Source: a virus
Taxonomy: Duplodnaviria; Caudoviricetes
Reading direction: 5' to 3' (one strand)
Virus record (IMG/VR): IMGVR_UViG_3300044233_000092
Span: 1-30,953 of that record
Length of the DNA stretch: 30,953 nt
Part shown: positions 1 to 9,201 of the stretch, in pieces
How the letters are laid out: every line of letters starts with the position of its first letter
Position numbering within the stretch: the stretch's first letter is position 1
Position numbers and translations under genes: made by a program
Notes under the pieces: generated by a model
The model's database searches: none
What the model saw: only the letters and a program-made list of their open reading frames with translations
What the model was told of the DNA's origin: nothing

Positions 1-58
1 GTTCTTTGACCTTTCGCATTTCTGCCAAAGTTTCTGCCATTGACTTGTTATACTTCAT
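1..58 (-). CDS. 5' end of a late gene, truncated by the window edge (MKYNKSMAETLAEMRKVKE...)
   Basis: ATG at 58-56 preceded by GGAGAG SD and a TATAAATA late promoter; frame open to the window edge. Confidence 0.7.
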   Translation of the reverse strand, partial: MKYNKSMAETLAEMRKVKE

Positions 59-75
59 TTTTCTCTCCGTGTTAC

Positions 76-83
76 TATTTATA
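76..83 (-). promoter_or_regulatory. T4-type late (gp55) promoter TATAAATA
   Basis: Exact consensus immediately after the stop codon of 84..437. Confidence 0.8.
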
Positions 84-437
84 CTAATTATCTACTTTAC
101 TACCACCACGCCACTGGTAACAACTCCAATAACCTGCGGTAGTCTTGTCTTTCTTCTGGTCGCAATTGTGTCGTGCCCTAAATGAGGCTCTTCTACCAGG
201 GTCGTCTCTTTTGATTTCCATATTAGGATCGCCAAAGGTTACTTTAATAACATTACCTTTTTTGTTCTTAACATAGACGCCAAACTTTCTTTTACTGCCA
301 CTTGGTAATCTGAAAGGATCATTAAGATTTACTTTACGACCTTGATACTCTGCCTCAGTAATGCCCTCTGCCTCATGTTCATATACCATGCCCTCACAAA
401 CAAGATCAATGCGTTCTACCTCTTTTCTTGTTTTCAT
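84..437 (-). CDS. Conserved hypothetical phage protein (FGDP...RRASFRARHNC...TAGYWSC type; DUF6321/DUF5754-like)
   Basis: 117 aa, TAATG coupling to the upstream gene; motif recalled from marine phage and viral proteins. Confidence 0.75.
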   Translation of the reverse strand: MKTRKEVERIDLVCEGMVYEHEAEGITEAEYQGRKVNLNDPFRLPSGSKRKFGVYVKNKKGNVIKVTFGDPNMEIKRDDPGRRASFRARHNCDQKKDKTTAGYWSCYQWRGGSKVDN

Positions 438-2260
438 TATTTACCTCTTACTTTCGCAGCCAAGTCTTTATCTGCCTTACCCCAAGTACCAGATGATTTA
501 GTTACAAAACTATTCACTCTTGCCATACCCCATTGTTGTGGTGTAGTACCAGGTCTATGTCCAGTTCTCCATGCAGCCATACCTCTGTTATATACTTTCA
601 TTAGAATACCATATGGCATACCAGATTTCGCTGCCTTCTTTTTGACGCCCTCATTCTCTGCCAATAGTTCATCTAACATTTCAGATACAGTTTGGTCTAA
701 TACAACTCTATATGCTGTACCATACTCATCTTTATATTGTTTGATTGTTTCATCTAACTCTGACCATGCTTTGATATCTTTGATTTCTTCTTTGACATCA
801 TCACCAAACATTCTCTTAAATTTCTTTGTATGTCTACTTGGTTTAGTTTTAGCGTCAGCATCACCAGGTGCAGGTTTATATGCCTTAGGATTATCATCGT
901 CCATCTTTGCACCTTTTGAAAAGTGTCTATCTCTGGCAATCTTTGTTGATTTTGCAAAATCACCTTTACCAGGTTTTTGATAGTAAACTGCAGGTTGTGT
1001 GCCAGGTCTATCTTTGATATCTGGATCTTGTCCACCATATGCCGTTTTCTTTCTTTCACCATCGTGTTTCTTTTCGTCCAGTTCAACTTCTTCAAACTTT
1101 TGAAATTTTCTATCATCAACAAACTTTGCATAGTCTCTTACTTGACCTGGTGTTTTGATATTAAATTTTCTTTGTGTGTGTATTTGATTTGCATTTTCTG
1201 GTCCTTGTGTCCATGTATCTACATTTCCAACTTTTGGTTGTCCAGGTGTTACAACATTTAATTTACGATCTTTCTTTTCTGCCTTTTTAGTTTCTTTTTC
1301 TTCATCATCTGTATTTTTTTGTTGACTATCTTTAGCATTGTTTATTTCTTCTTCAAATGTAGAAAAAGATTTTAAAGTTCTACTATTCTTTTGTAATACT
1401 AATTTCTTTTTGTCAACATCTTCCGTTTGTAATTCTGTATCAATTACCTCTGCAGGTTGTATATCATCTAAAAATGCCTTCTCTACACCACCATCTTCCA
1501 TTTCATATTGAATATAGTTTGGCCCTCTTTTGATAATCGTACCTACATTACGATTTGATATTACTTCAATTTGTTCACCCATTAAATAAATCTCATTATT
1601 GTGATACTGTTCTCTAATACTTTTCAAATCCTCATTATCATTAGGTGGTAGTATTTCTTCGTTAACTCCCATACCCTTTTTTAAGTCTTTAAATAATTTC
1701 ATGGCGTCATTCTCCCTTGTGCCTGCGATAAGTCCTGCTCTAAAACTTTTGAAGTCATTTCTCATAGCAAAATCTCTCATCTTACTGGCACTCATGCCTG
1801 AGGCACCAGTTGCGTCTGGGTCTCTTGCCCCAGCACTCACTACTTCAATTGTATCAAAGTTATAGTCCTTACCATTATATTGTTTCGTTAATCTTTTAAA
1901 TTCTGCGACCCTATCTGATCCTGCAACCATCATAACATCTGTATATTTTTTGTCAAATCTATTTTTCAATATTTCCATAAATGTTCGTTCTCTGCCTGTC
2001 GCTGGTAAAATTTGTATACCTACTGGATACATCTTTTTAAGATAGTCAATCTTTTGTTTTACACTCAATGGATTTTTTCTACGATCCTGAGTGGCACTCA
2101 CATATAGCACAGGTAGACCTTTTACCCTTTTTGCCATAGTGATAACTCTATCAATTAATTTTTGATGACCTATCGTTGGTGGGTTCATACGACCAAAGGC
2201 AAACACTACGGTTTGCTTTCGTCCTACGCCCTTTCTTAATAGTTCTTTAATTGTCTTCAT
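437..2260 (-). CDS. HIGH-superfamily nucleotidyltransferase ('cytidylyltransferase') fused to a long charged linker and a C-terminal DUF5824-like domain
   Basis: FGRMNPPTIGH (HIGH-like), AGSDRV, SAGARDPD, MSASKMR (KMSKS-like); C-terminal VYNRGMAAWRTGHRPGTTPQQWGMARVNSF. Confidence 0.8.
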   Translation of the reverse strand: MKTIKELLRKGVGRKQTVVFAFGRMNPPTIGHQKLIDRVITMAKRVKGLPVLYVSATQDRRKNPLSVKQKIDYLKKMYPVGIQILPATGRERTFMEILKNRFDKKYTDVMMVAGSDRVAEFKRLTKQYNGKDYNFDTIEVVSAGARDPDATGASGMSASKMRDFAMRNDFKSFRAGLIAGTRENDAMKLFKDLKKGMGVNEEILPPNDNEDLKSIREQYHNNEIYLMGEQIEVISNRNVGTIIKRGPNYIQYEMEDGGVEKAFLDDIQPAEVIDTELQTEDVDKKKLVLQKNSRTLKSFSTFEEEINNAKDSQQKNTDDEEKETKKAEKKDRKLNVVTPGQPKVGNVDTWTQGPENANQIHTQRKFNIKTPGQVRDYAKFVDDRKFQKFEEVELDEKKHDGERKKTAYGGQDPDIKDRPGTQPAVYYQKPGKGDFAKSTKIARDRHFSKGAKMDDDNPKAYKPAPGDADAKTKPSRHTKKFKRMFGDDVKEEIKDIKAWSELDETIKQYKDEYGTAYRVVLDQTVSEMLDELLAENEGVKKKAAKSGMPYGILMKVYNRGMAAWRTGHRPGTTPQQWGMARVNSFVTKSSGTWGKADKDLAAKVRGK

Positions 2261-2417
2261 TAAATTCCTTAAATGATTTAATCTTTACACTTTCACCTCT
2301 AGCAGTTTTAAAATCACTTGCTTTTGGCGCACCTTTAGTGCCTGGTTTTCTCATCTTCTCACCAGACCCTTGTTTTATTCTTTGTCTTTTCTTATGAATA
2401 TTTTTCCACAAACTCAT
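2247..2417 (-). CDS. Small basic protein, 56 aa, missing from the ORF track (MSLWKNIHKKRQRIKQGSGEKMRKPGTKGAPKASDFKTARGESVKIKSFKEFNEDN)
   Basis: Hand translation; ATG overlaps the upstream stop (TAATG) and the ORF fills the gap; the NIHxKRxRIKxGSGEKMRKPG motif is familiar from marine phage small proteins. Confidence 0.8.
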   Translation of the reverse strand: MSLWKNIHKKRQRIKQGSGEKMRKPGTKGAPKASDFKTARGESVKIKSFKEFNEDN

Positions 2418-2674
2418 TACTCGCCCCCTCCGTTGCCATTTCCATTACCACCATTACCTGGTGTAGCACCATTGCCATTACCATTCGCACCGTTACCATT
2501 ACCATTGCCGTTACCATTACCACTTGTATTCTGTGGTTCTTGTTTTGGTCCTGGTCCTAGTCTACCATAGTAGGCATACTTTCTAAATTTAGGTACACAC
2601 ACTTTAAGTTTCTTATCGTACTTATATCCTGGTGGACACTTTTTACTTTCTGCAAATTGTTTAAAACTCCACAT
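2417..2674 (-). CDS. Small protein with CPPGY...C motif and Gly-Asn low-complexity tail (likely start MWSFKQFAE)
   Basis: TAATG overlap with the upstream stop at 2674 favours this start over 2686. Confidence 0.7.
   Translation of the reverse strand: MWSFKQFAESKKCPPGYKYDKKLKVCVPKFRKYAYYGRLGPGPKQEPQNTSGNGNGNGNGNGANGNGNGATPGNGGNGNGNGGGE
2430..2524 (-). repeat. Imperfect hexanucleotide repeat encoding (Gly-Asn)n
   Basis: ccatta/ccattg/ccgtta units; protein SGNGNGNGNGNGANGNGNGATPGNGGNGNGNG. Confidence 0.8.
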
Positions 2675-3894
2675 TAGCCTTCCCAATTTTTTGCAGCCGT
2701 AAAGTTTTGAATACTAAACTCTAGTCTATCAACTAACTTTACTGCCTTACCTTTCTTATCTACTGCAACATAACCTTCTGGGTTTGTTGCCTTTAGTCCG
2801 TTACCATCTCTCTTAAATGTACCAATAGACTTCGCTTTGTTTAGTTTGTCTATAATTACTTTTTTGGCTCTTTGTAAAGACTTATAAGTGGCACATGCCA
2901 TGTAGATTGATTTATTATGTTCATCTATAAATTTGATACCAGTATCTTGTATTGTTTGATACTTTTGTTTTGAAGCGTCTGTCTTTACTCTATCAATTTC
3001 TTTTTGTGTTTTTTCTGCATAGTAATTTTTAAAATTAGTTGCCGTTTCAGTTGTAGATGGTAAATCAGTTGCGGCACGAATAAAACTGTTAAGATAAGTT
3101 TTAAGTTGTACACCTATAGATAAAGTATTCTTTTCTGTTTTAATTTTATTCAGTAGTTCTTTTGATTGTTTTAAACTACCACTTGCCATATTAATAATCT
3201 TTTGTAATTGTTGAGTTTCACCTATAGTCATAGTTGCATTACCAGATACATCTTTATATGAAGCGTCATCAAACCAGACATTAGGTGTTCTTCTTAATTT
3301 AGAAACATTGGCACCAAACTTGGCATTCATCTTATCAAAACTTCTACCTTTGTATGTTGTATGAAACACAATACCTAATTTACTATTTTTAATCTTACGA
3401 CCAAATGGTGTATTTTCAGGTACCATGTAAACAATAGTATTAGGTTGAAAAGAAATCATTGTTTCAGATTTACCACTACCATCTTTGTAAGTAGTTAATT
3501 TTTTACCTGATGATGTAAACATTAAATCACCTTGTAGTATTTCTTTCATACCAAGACCAGAAAGATATTGTAAACATTCTCTTAATATATTTGCAACTGG
3601 TCCTTCATGGTTGTTTCTTATATCTTGTATATTGTAATTTACTTTAGGTGTCTTATTGAATACTGACTTTGTGCCTACAAAAAATTTACCATTCTCTGGA
3701 CTTGGTCCACAAACTATTGCAGGTGCACCATCCCATTTTGTTGTAACATTTAATTTACTTGTTGAATTACCTGCCAACATATCTTTTAGACTTTCTAAAA
3801 AAGCAATCGCATTTTTACCACCATCAAAACCATTATTGATGATATCATCTTCTAAATGTTCTAGGTGTGTATTTTTATCTTCTACTAATAACAT
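2674..3894 (-). CDS. DUF6267-like protein with ATP-dependent ligase-type nucleotidyltransferase motifs
   Basis: KNTHLEHLED N-terminus; TTKWDG (motif I KxDG), LQGDLMF (III-like), PEGYV (IV), VKLVDR (V). Confidence 0.7.
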   Translation of the reverse strand: MLLVEDKNTHLEHLEDDIINNGFDGGKNAIAFLESLKDMLAGNSTSKLNVTTKWDGAPAIVCGPSPENGKFFVGTKSVFNKTPKVNYNIQDIRNNHEGPVANILRECLQYLSGLGMKEILQGDLMFTSSGKKLTTYKDGSGKSETMISFQPNTIVYMVPENTPFGRKIKNSKLGIVFHTTYKGRSFDKMNAKFGANVSKLRRTPNVWFDDASYKDVSGNATMTIGETQQLQKIINMASGSLKQSKELLNKIKTEKNTLSIGVQLKTYLNSFIRAATDLPSTTETATNFKNYYAEKTQKEIDRVKTDASKQKYQTIQDTGIKFIDEHNKSIYMACATYKSLQRAKKVIIDKLNKAKSIGTFKRDGNGLKATNPEGYVAVDKKGKAVKLVDRLEFSIQNFTAAKNWEG

Positions 3895-4997
3895 TAAAAT
3901 TTTATATTTCTTCTAAATGATACTTCAGGTATTGCACCTAAAAATTTCATTAATCTATTTACACTTGACTTGGCAAAACTACTTGCCTTTGCAATCACTC
4001 TACTAAACAAAGACTTGACTTTGTTTTTAATTACATCTATAATACCCTCATCTAAACTACCATACCATTCATTTGAGTAATCTTCTTTTTGACCTGCCAT
4101 ACTATCAACAATCAAAGATACAACTGACCAAAAATTATATTCACCAGTTTTTTGTTTCTTTACAACTCTACCACTTGTTTTAAATCTTGCCTGTAGTTTC
4201 ATAGCGTCTGCAATCTTCTTACAGTAGGCGTCATCATCTACGCTTTCTATTCTTACTTTACTGCCATCAGCACTTGCAACGACCATAAACTCTGCCGCAC
4301 TATTACTACCTTTACCATACTTCTCATAACCAGACATCGCCTCTCTAGCAAATGCAATCTTAAACTTGGCACTCTTTTCAAACAACTGACCTAAATCTCT
4401 CATACAATCTTTATGTGCAGCCTCTGCCGCGTTTACAACTGGGTTATCACCTTTCTTAATAATAGGTCTTAACTTACCAGGTGCAAGTGTAGATGTAACA
4501 AAACCATCAAAGGTTTTATTTGCTTGTTTAAACTCTGGTGATTTTTTAAGTGCGGGTGTTGATTTCAATGCCGCATAGAATGTTGCGGTACTCTCTGCCT
4601 TACCACCTGACATCAATTGTGCCATGCCAATCTTTAGTGATAATCTTTTATTGCCTATGAGTATGTCTGTTTTAGGTGTGGTGTCTGTTGCACCATATGA
4701 AGACCAGAAAGGTGTTAATTTAGATTTGGCACGACCATATTGTTCTGCCTTAGCATTCTTGTTACCAAATCTTTTTGCGATTGCCTTGGCGATGAGTTCG
4801 CCTGCTTTTAATGCTGCCTTTTCTTTCTGCAACATTTTAAATACACCTGGATTGATGCCAGATGTTGCAAGGTCTAGTTTCTTGCCATTATTCTTATGCC
4901 AACCAATAACTATGGCAGCCTCGTAATCTTCAGCCTTTAATGCCTCAGTTAGTGATGGACCTTCGTTATCCCAGTCTGTAAAACTCTTAATAGTCAT
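3894..4997 (-). CDS. Hypothetical late protein with a possible PD-(D/E)xK-like nuclease motif
   Basis: 367 aa; TPKTDILIG...RLSLK; GGGAG SD; first gene after a late promoter. Confidence 0.6.
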   Translation of the reverse strand: MTIKSFTDWDNEGPSLTEALKAEDYEAAIVIGWHKNNGKKLDLATSGINPGVFKMLQKEKAALKAGELIAKAIAKRFGNKNAKAEQYGRAKSKLTPFWSSYGATDTTPKTDILIGNKRLSLKIGMAQLMSGGKAESTATFYAALKSTPALKKSPEFKQANKTFDGFVTSTLAPGKLRPIIKKGDNPVVNAAEAAHKDCMRDLGQLFEKSAKFKIAFAREAMSGYEKYGKGSNSAAEFMVVASADGSKVRIESVDDDAYCKKIADAMKLQARFKTSGRVVKKQKTGEYNFWSVVSLIVDSMAGQKEDYSNEWYGSLDEGIIDVIKNKVKSLFSRVIAKASSFAKSSVNRLMKFLGAIPEVSFRRNIKF

Positions 4998-5024
4998 ATA
5001 CTCCCATTAATATATTAAAATAAC

Positions 5025-5032
5025 TATTTAGT
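5025..5032 (-). promoter_or_regulatory. Late promoter variant ACTAAATA
   Basis: Core TAAATA overlapping the stop of 5028..5288, 27 nt upstream of the ATG at 4997. Confidence 0.6.
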
Positions 5033-5288
5033 CAAGCAGAAACTGTGGTATACCTCCATTTACTAACCATATTTGATTTTTATTATGAAATTCTGCAAAT
5101 TCTTTTGCTTTATCACGGAACTTAAATACTTTTATTGTTCTTTCTTTGTTCTCAACTACTGCAAACTCATAAGACTTGCCTTTGCGTTTAGTTTTTACAG
5201 AATACTCTATATTAGAACTTGAAGTCTTGGAACTTCTTGTATTTTTCTTCTGGACTTTCTTCCGTCTTTTCAAGGTTGTGTTCGACAT
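5028..5288 (-). CDS. Basic hypothetical protein overlapping the 3' end of gp41 by 77 nt
   Basis: CAGGAG SD 4 nt before ATG; 86 aa. Confidence 0.7.
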   Translation of the reverse strand: MSNTTLKRRKKVQKKNTRSSKTSSSNIEYSVKTKRKGKSYEFAVVENKERTIKVFKFRDKAKEFAEFHNKNQIWLVNGGIPQFLLD

Positions 5289-6615
5289 ATTTCTCCTGTT
5301 CTGGTTGTATTAAGTTTTGTGCCTGTTGTTCTATATCAAACAGTTTCATTCTGGCACGGTCAACACCAATAATAAACTTACGATTTACTGTTGGGTCATT
5401 ATATCTGTTCTTCAACTGTTTGACTAACATCTGGCCTGCTCTTTCTAATTCTTCACTACTAATTAAGGCAAACATAAAGTCTGCTGTAGCGGGCAAACCA
5501 AAACTCTCTGAGGTATCTTCTAAACCAATATCACTAGATACAAAACCAGATCTGGTTGTTTGAGTTGCGGTTACGATTGGTACATCTAATTCTACTGCAA
5601 GACCACGCATTTCTTCAGCGATTGCTTTTACATAGGTATATGAGTTTACATTTGCACCAGGTTTAAATCTACTACTTGCACATATATTAATATAATCAAC
5701 AAATATGATATCTGGTTTAAATGTTCTCTTTAGTGCCAACTCGTTGACTAATGCACGGTAATGATTAACACTTGCACTTGCTGTTGGATATTCTTTGATA
5801 ATTAAAGTGCCAGTAGTTTTATTTTGTAACTTGACTATCTTTTCGTTAAATAACTTTTTATTTAACATATGTAAATCTTCCATAGATATGCCAAGTAAGT
5901 TTGCGTCTATTCTTTCAGCAATTCTTTCTTCAGCCATTTCCATGGTGATATACAAAACATTTTTATTCTGTGCCAATGCACCTGCAGCCTGATGACACAT
6001 AAACAAAGTTTTACCAACACCCGTGCCTGCCAATGCAACATTAAGAGTTTTTGTAGGCAAACCACCTTTGGTTACTTTGTTAAAATAATCTAAATCAAAT
6101 GGTATTCTGTTTTCTTTTTTGTGGTAAAAATCAAATCTTCGTTCTATATCTAGTAAGTAATCATGGCCAACATTACGATCAAAACTAACAGATAGAGCGT
6201 CCCGTAATATTTCTGGTATAGCCTCAGGAGTATGTTTCTTATCTTTTCCATCTAATATATGTATACCGTCCATTACTGCATTATGTACAGCACGGTCTTT
6301 ACAAAATTTTTCTGTGGTATTGACTAACCAGTCTAGGTCTATTTCTTCTTTGTTAAGTGTAGATATTAAGTCAACGATTTGTTTATATTCGTCTTCGTTT
6401 AAATCTTTGCGTTTACCAATATCAATTTGTAGAGTTTCTTTAGTAGGTCGTTTATTATATTGGTCAATAAACTTTCTGATCTCATCAAATACAATTCGTT
6501 CTTTACGGTCATCAAAGTATTCTGCCTTGAGAAAAGGTAATACTTTTCTGGTATAGTCTTCGTTATGTAATAAATTTTTAAGTGTTGTTCTCTCTATTCT
6601 TTCCGCTGTTACCAT
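5212..6615 (-). CDS. 41: Replicative DNA helicase (T4 gp41, DnaB-like)
   Basis: Walker A AGTGVGKT, FVDYINI, TATQTTRSG, SESFGLPATAD, KQLKNRY. Confidence 0.97.
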   Translation of the reverse strand: MVTAERIERTTLKNLLHNEDYTRKVLPFLKAEYFDDRKERIVFDEIRKFIDQYNKRPTKETLQIDIGKRKDLNEDEYKQIVDLISTLNKEEIDLDWLVNTTEKFCKDRAVHNAVMDGIHILDGKDKKHTPEAIPEILRDALSVSFDRNVGHDYLLDIERRFDFYHKKENRIPFDLDYFNKVTKGGLPTKTLNVALAGTGVGKTLFMCHQAAGALAQNKNVLYITMEMAEERIAERIDANLLGISMEDLHMLNKKLFNEKIVKLQNKTTGTLIIKEYPTASASVNHYRALVNELALKRTFKPDIIFVDYINICASSRFKPGANVNSYTYVKAIAEEMRGLAVELDVPIVTATQTTRSGFVSSDIGLEDTSESFGLPATADFMFALISSEELERAGQMLVKQLKNRYNDPTVNRKFIIGVDRARMKLFDIEQQAQNLIQPEQEKYVEHNLEKTEESPEEKYKKFQDFKF

Positions 6616-6865
6616 TATTATCCTTCTCTACTTCGATTGCTAAAATGTCGCCCATGACATTTATAAAACTTTCTGAATTGGTATCTATATCTTTTGGATT
6701 TTCATGTACATTATATTCAAACTTTAACCGTAACTTATCGTTTTCTTCTATGGGTGTTACTTTACCATAAGTGTACATAACACCCTCGAACTCTCCTTCT
6801 TGTATAAGAAACCCAGTCAAATCACTTTGTGGATTTTGCATATAACTATACTTCGGGATTGCCAT
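6578..6865 (-). CDS. Hypothetical protein at the position T4 gp40 occupies (between uvsX and 41)
   Basis: 95 aa, overlaps both neighbours; the gp40 link is positional only. Confidence 0.7.
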   Translation of the reverse strand: MAIPKYSYMQNPQSDLTGFLIQEGEFEGVMYTYGKVTPIEENDKLRLKFEYNVHENPKDIDTNSESFINVMGDILAIEVEKDNNGNSGKNRENNT

Positions 6866-7871
6866 AACTATATTCTTTTTTTGCTGCCTCGTCTAGTTGT
6901 GCCATTATATCATCAGTAAAATATTTCTCTGGTTCGTTGTAGATAGATTTGGCATATTGTTTAGTGCCATCTGGTAGTTCTATTCTTGTTGATACTTGTT
7001 TAAATATACCATGTTTAACTGCCAGATCAAGTAAACCATAATACTTGTCTAATCCAGTTTCATATCTTAATCTAACATCGACCATCATATTCTCTTTTGA
7101 TAATCTGGACTTTTGTGTCTTACAATGTATGATATTACCAATGACCTCTGTACCATCTTTTTCTTTTTTCTTTGATAGGTAAATGATTGTACTTGCGGCA
7201 TATTTAAGTCCACTACCACCACCCATTTCTTTAGTTGGCATATATGCACCAACAACATCATAGGTATGATTAGTAATAACCATAGGTACTTTTGCACGAC
7301 CAAGTTTCAAAGTCAACACTCTAAATGCAGCCTTCAATACTTGAGCCCTAGTCATATCTCTAGTTTCTTTACCATCTGCTGTATCTTCAACTTCTTTTGT
7401 AGTAGATAACATACCAAGACTATCTAATACCATAAAGATAGGTTTTCTATCTGCTTCATCTTGTTCCATGTATTTATCTAATACAGTTATTGCCTGTGTT
7501 CTAAATTCTTGTACAGTTGTTACTGGCATTATAATCATTCGTTCACTATCAATACCACGATTTTCGATTAGTTGTTTTGTTAACGCACTTTCACTTTCAA
7601 AGTATATCACACCTGCGTCTGGGTTACTATCTAAAAAGTGTTTAACCATGCCTAGTACAAAGAATGTTTTACCAGTTGCACTTTCACCTGCTAATGCGGT
7701 AATCTTGTTTGATGGTATGCCACCATGAATACTACCTGACAATACTGCATTGAATATATGTGAACCAGTATCAATAAATGTATCTACATCACCTGCTTCT
7801 ACACCTTCACTTACTAAACTGGCATATTCGTTACCTGTTTCTTTAATTATCTGTTTCAGAAAGTCTGGCAT
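6846..7871 (-). CDS. uvsX: RecA-like recombinase UvsX
   Basis: [35 protein letters not shown]; AAGGAG SD. Confidence 0.97.
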   Translation of the reverse strand: MPDFLKQIIKETGNEYASLVSEGVEAGDVDTFIDTGSHIFNAVLSGSIHGGIPSNKITALAGESATGKTFFVLGMVKHFLDSNPDAGVIYFESESALTKQLIENRGIDSERMIIMPVTTVQEFRTQAITVLDKYMEQDEADRKPIFMVLDSLGMLSTTKEVEDTADGKETRDMTRAQVLKAAFRVLTLKLGRAKVPMVITNHTYDVVGAYMPTKEMGGGSGLKYAASTIIYLSKKKEKDGTEVIGNIIHCKTQKSRLSKENMMVDVRLRYETGLDKYYGLLDLAVKHGIFKQVSTRIELPDGTKQYAKSIYNEPEKYFTDDIMAQLDEAAKKEYSYGNPEV

Positions 7872-8046
7872 TGTTTGTCTCCTTTTTTATCATAAAATCT
7901 AATTTCTTGTAGAGTTTGCCTACAGTTTCACATTCTGTTATCTGTATTGCACCTCGTTGTAATGACGCTTGTAAAACCTTTATCATAGTTTGATAATCAC
8001 CAAGGTTTAGATTTTGGTCGTCTAGTTTTTCTAAAAGTTCTTTCAT
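7843..8046 (-). CDS. Hypothetical protein (~67 aa, likely start MKELLEK)
   Basis: AAGGAA SD upstream of the ATG at 8046; fills the gap before uvsX. Confidence 0.6.
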   Translation of the reverse strand: MKELLEKLDDQNLNLGDYQTMIKVLQASLQRGAIQITECETVGKLYKKLDFMIKKETNNARLSETDN

Positions 8047-8073
8047 TATATCACATTCCTTTCCATAAGTCAA
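8045..8073 (-). promoter_or_regulatory. Sigma70-type promoter TTGACT-17-TATAAT with TGn extension
   Basis: Read directly from the sequence. Confidence 0.75.
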
Positions 8074-8076
8074 GCA

Positions 8077-9201
8077 TTATCTTATAATTTGTATATCTGC
8101 ACCCTCTGTCCATATCTCAAGGTCATTTCTTACCATTTCATTGGCAACTAATTTATTATATCTTTTAGTAGCAATCTTTTGCCACCATTTAATTACATTT
8201 TCAAAAGAAAATTTATCGTAATGAAATCCTGGTTTTAGTTTATCTGTTTTACCTTTAATATAATCTGGTACATTCTCGTAACCGTAATCACTTACATAAA
8301 ATCTTTTCTTTTCTGTTAAAGACTTCTTGTCTTCTAAAAATTTTACAAATTTATTATACAAGTGTTCGTTATGTTTTTTTAATGATGATTGTATTATATT
8401 TATCATGGCATGATGTGTTGTCAACTTACGACTACTAATACCATCTTTTACAATAGGTCCACCATTCTTCTCTTTAAACCAATCGTTTATCTTTGTAAAA
8501 CTTTCACCATGTAACATAGGTATAAAATTACTTTCTGTTACACCTTTAAATCGTAAGTAAGGTTTCATACCATCATATTGACTTGACGATTTACTACTAC
8601 CATATAAACTTGTTGTTTCAAACAAACATATATTTGTGTTATACTTATCATCTATCAGTTTCTTTATTCTATGACTACAACATATCGCGGCAAGTAATTT
8701 ACCACCAAGATAGTTGTAACCAAATGGTTGTGTAGGCACAATAGTGAAACCCATGATTGCGGCATGATTAAATCTTTTCATTTCTACCTTGTCTTGCGTT
8801 TTCAATGGTCTACCTAATACTTCGTTTCTAGGTTTACTATTCATCATAGGACTACCAAAACGAATAAACCCTACAATCTTATTTGTGTTTGTTTCTTTTA
8901 CAATTATTCGTATTGCCTTACCAGGTATACTTGCCATCGCGGTATGACTTGTAACTTTATTTAATATTCTGGTAAATGTATCGTTGTCCATTTCTTGTAT
9001 ATCAAAATTCATATTCTCTGGCAATATGCCAAAGTCATTAAAGAAATCATCTTCATCTGCCATACCAGGTAATTGAAATGGAAAGTCTTTTACTTGTTCT
9101 AGTTTTTGCTCTTTAATATATTGATCTATTCTATCAAACTGAGCAAAGTAGTTTGTAAAATATAACATCGCCCATTCAGCGTCTTGTTGATTTAATATCA
9201 T
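8077..9201 (-). CDS. DUF4338 / DruA-like (GNAT/Mom-related) protein
   Basis: IVPTQPFGYNYLGGKLLA, FETTSLYG..SSQYDG motifs; ATGA-coupled to gp43. Confidence 0.7.
   Translation of the reverse strand: MILNQQDAEWAMLYFTNYFAQFDRIDQYIKEQKLEQVKDFPFQLPGMADEDDFFNDFGILPENMNFDIQEMDNDTFTRILNKVTSHTAMASIPGKAIRIIVKETNTNKIVGFIRFGSPMMNSKPRNEVLGRPLKTQDKVEMKRFNHAAIMGFTIVPTQPFGYNYLGGKLLAAICCSHRIKKLIDDKYNTNICLFETTSLYGSSKSSSQYDGMKPYLRFKGVTESNFIPMLHGESFTKINDWFKEKNGGPIVKDGISSRKLTTHHAMINIIQSSLKKHNEHLYNKFVKFLEDKKSLTEKKRFYVSDYGYENVPDYIKGKTDKLKPGFHYDKFSFENVIKWWQKIATKRYNKLVANEMVRNDLEIWTEGADIQIIR

Noticed and set aside
342-980. 212-aa plus-strand ORF and the many similar plus-strand ORFs in the track
   Set aside because: Antisense shadows of real minus-strand genes, with no SD, promoter or recognisable motifs.
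754-1131. Same-strand alternative-frame ORFs (also 7085-7303, 13405-13602, 21221-21484, 29287-29523)
   Set aside because: I saw no convincing SD or codon anomaly; they show that such ORFs arise by chance, which tempers the nested uvsW call.
2370-2570. Pro-Leu-rich plus-strand ORF
   Set aside because: Antisense read of the Gly-Asn repeat.
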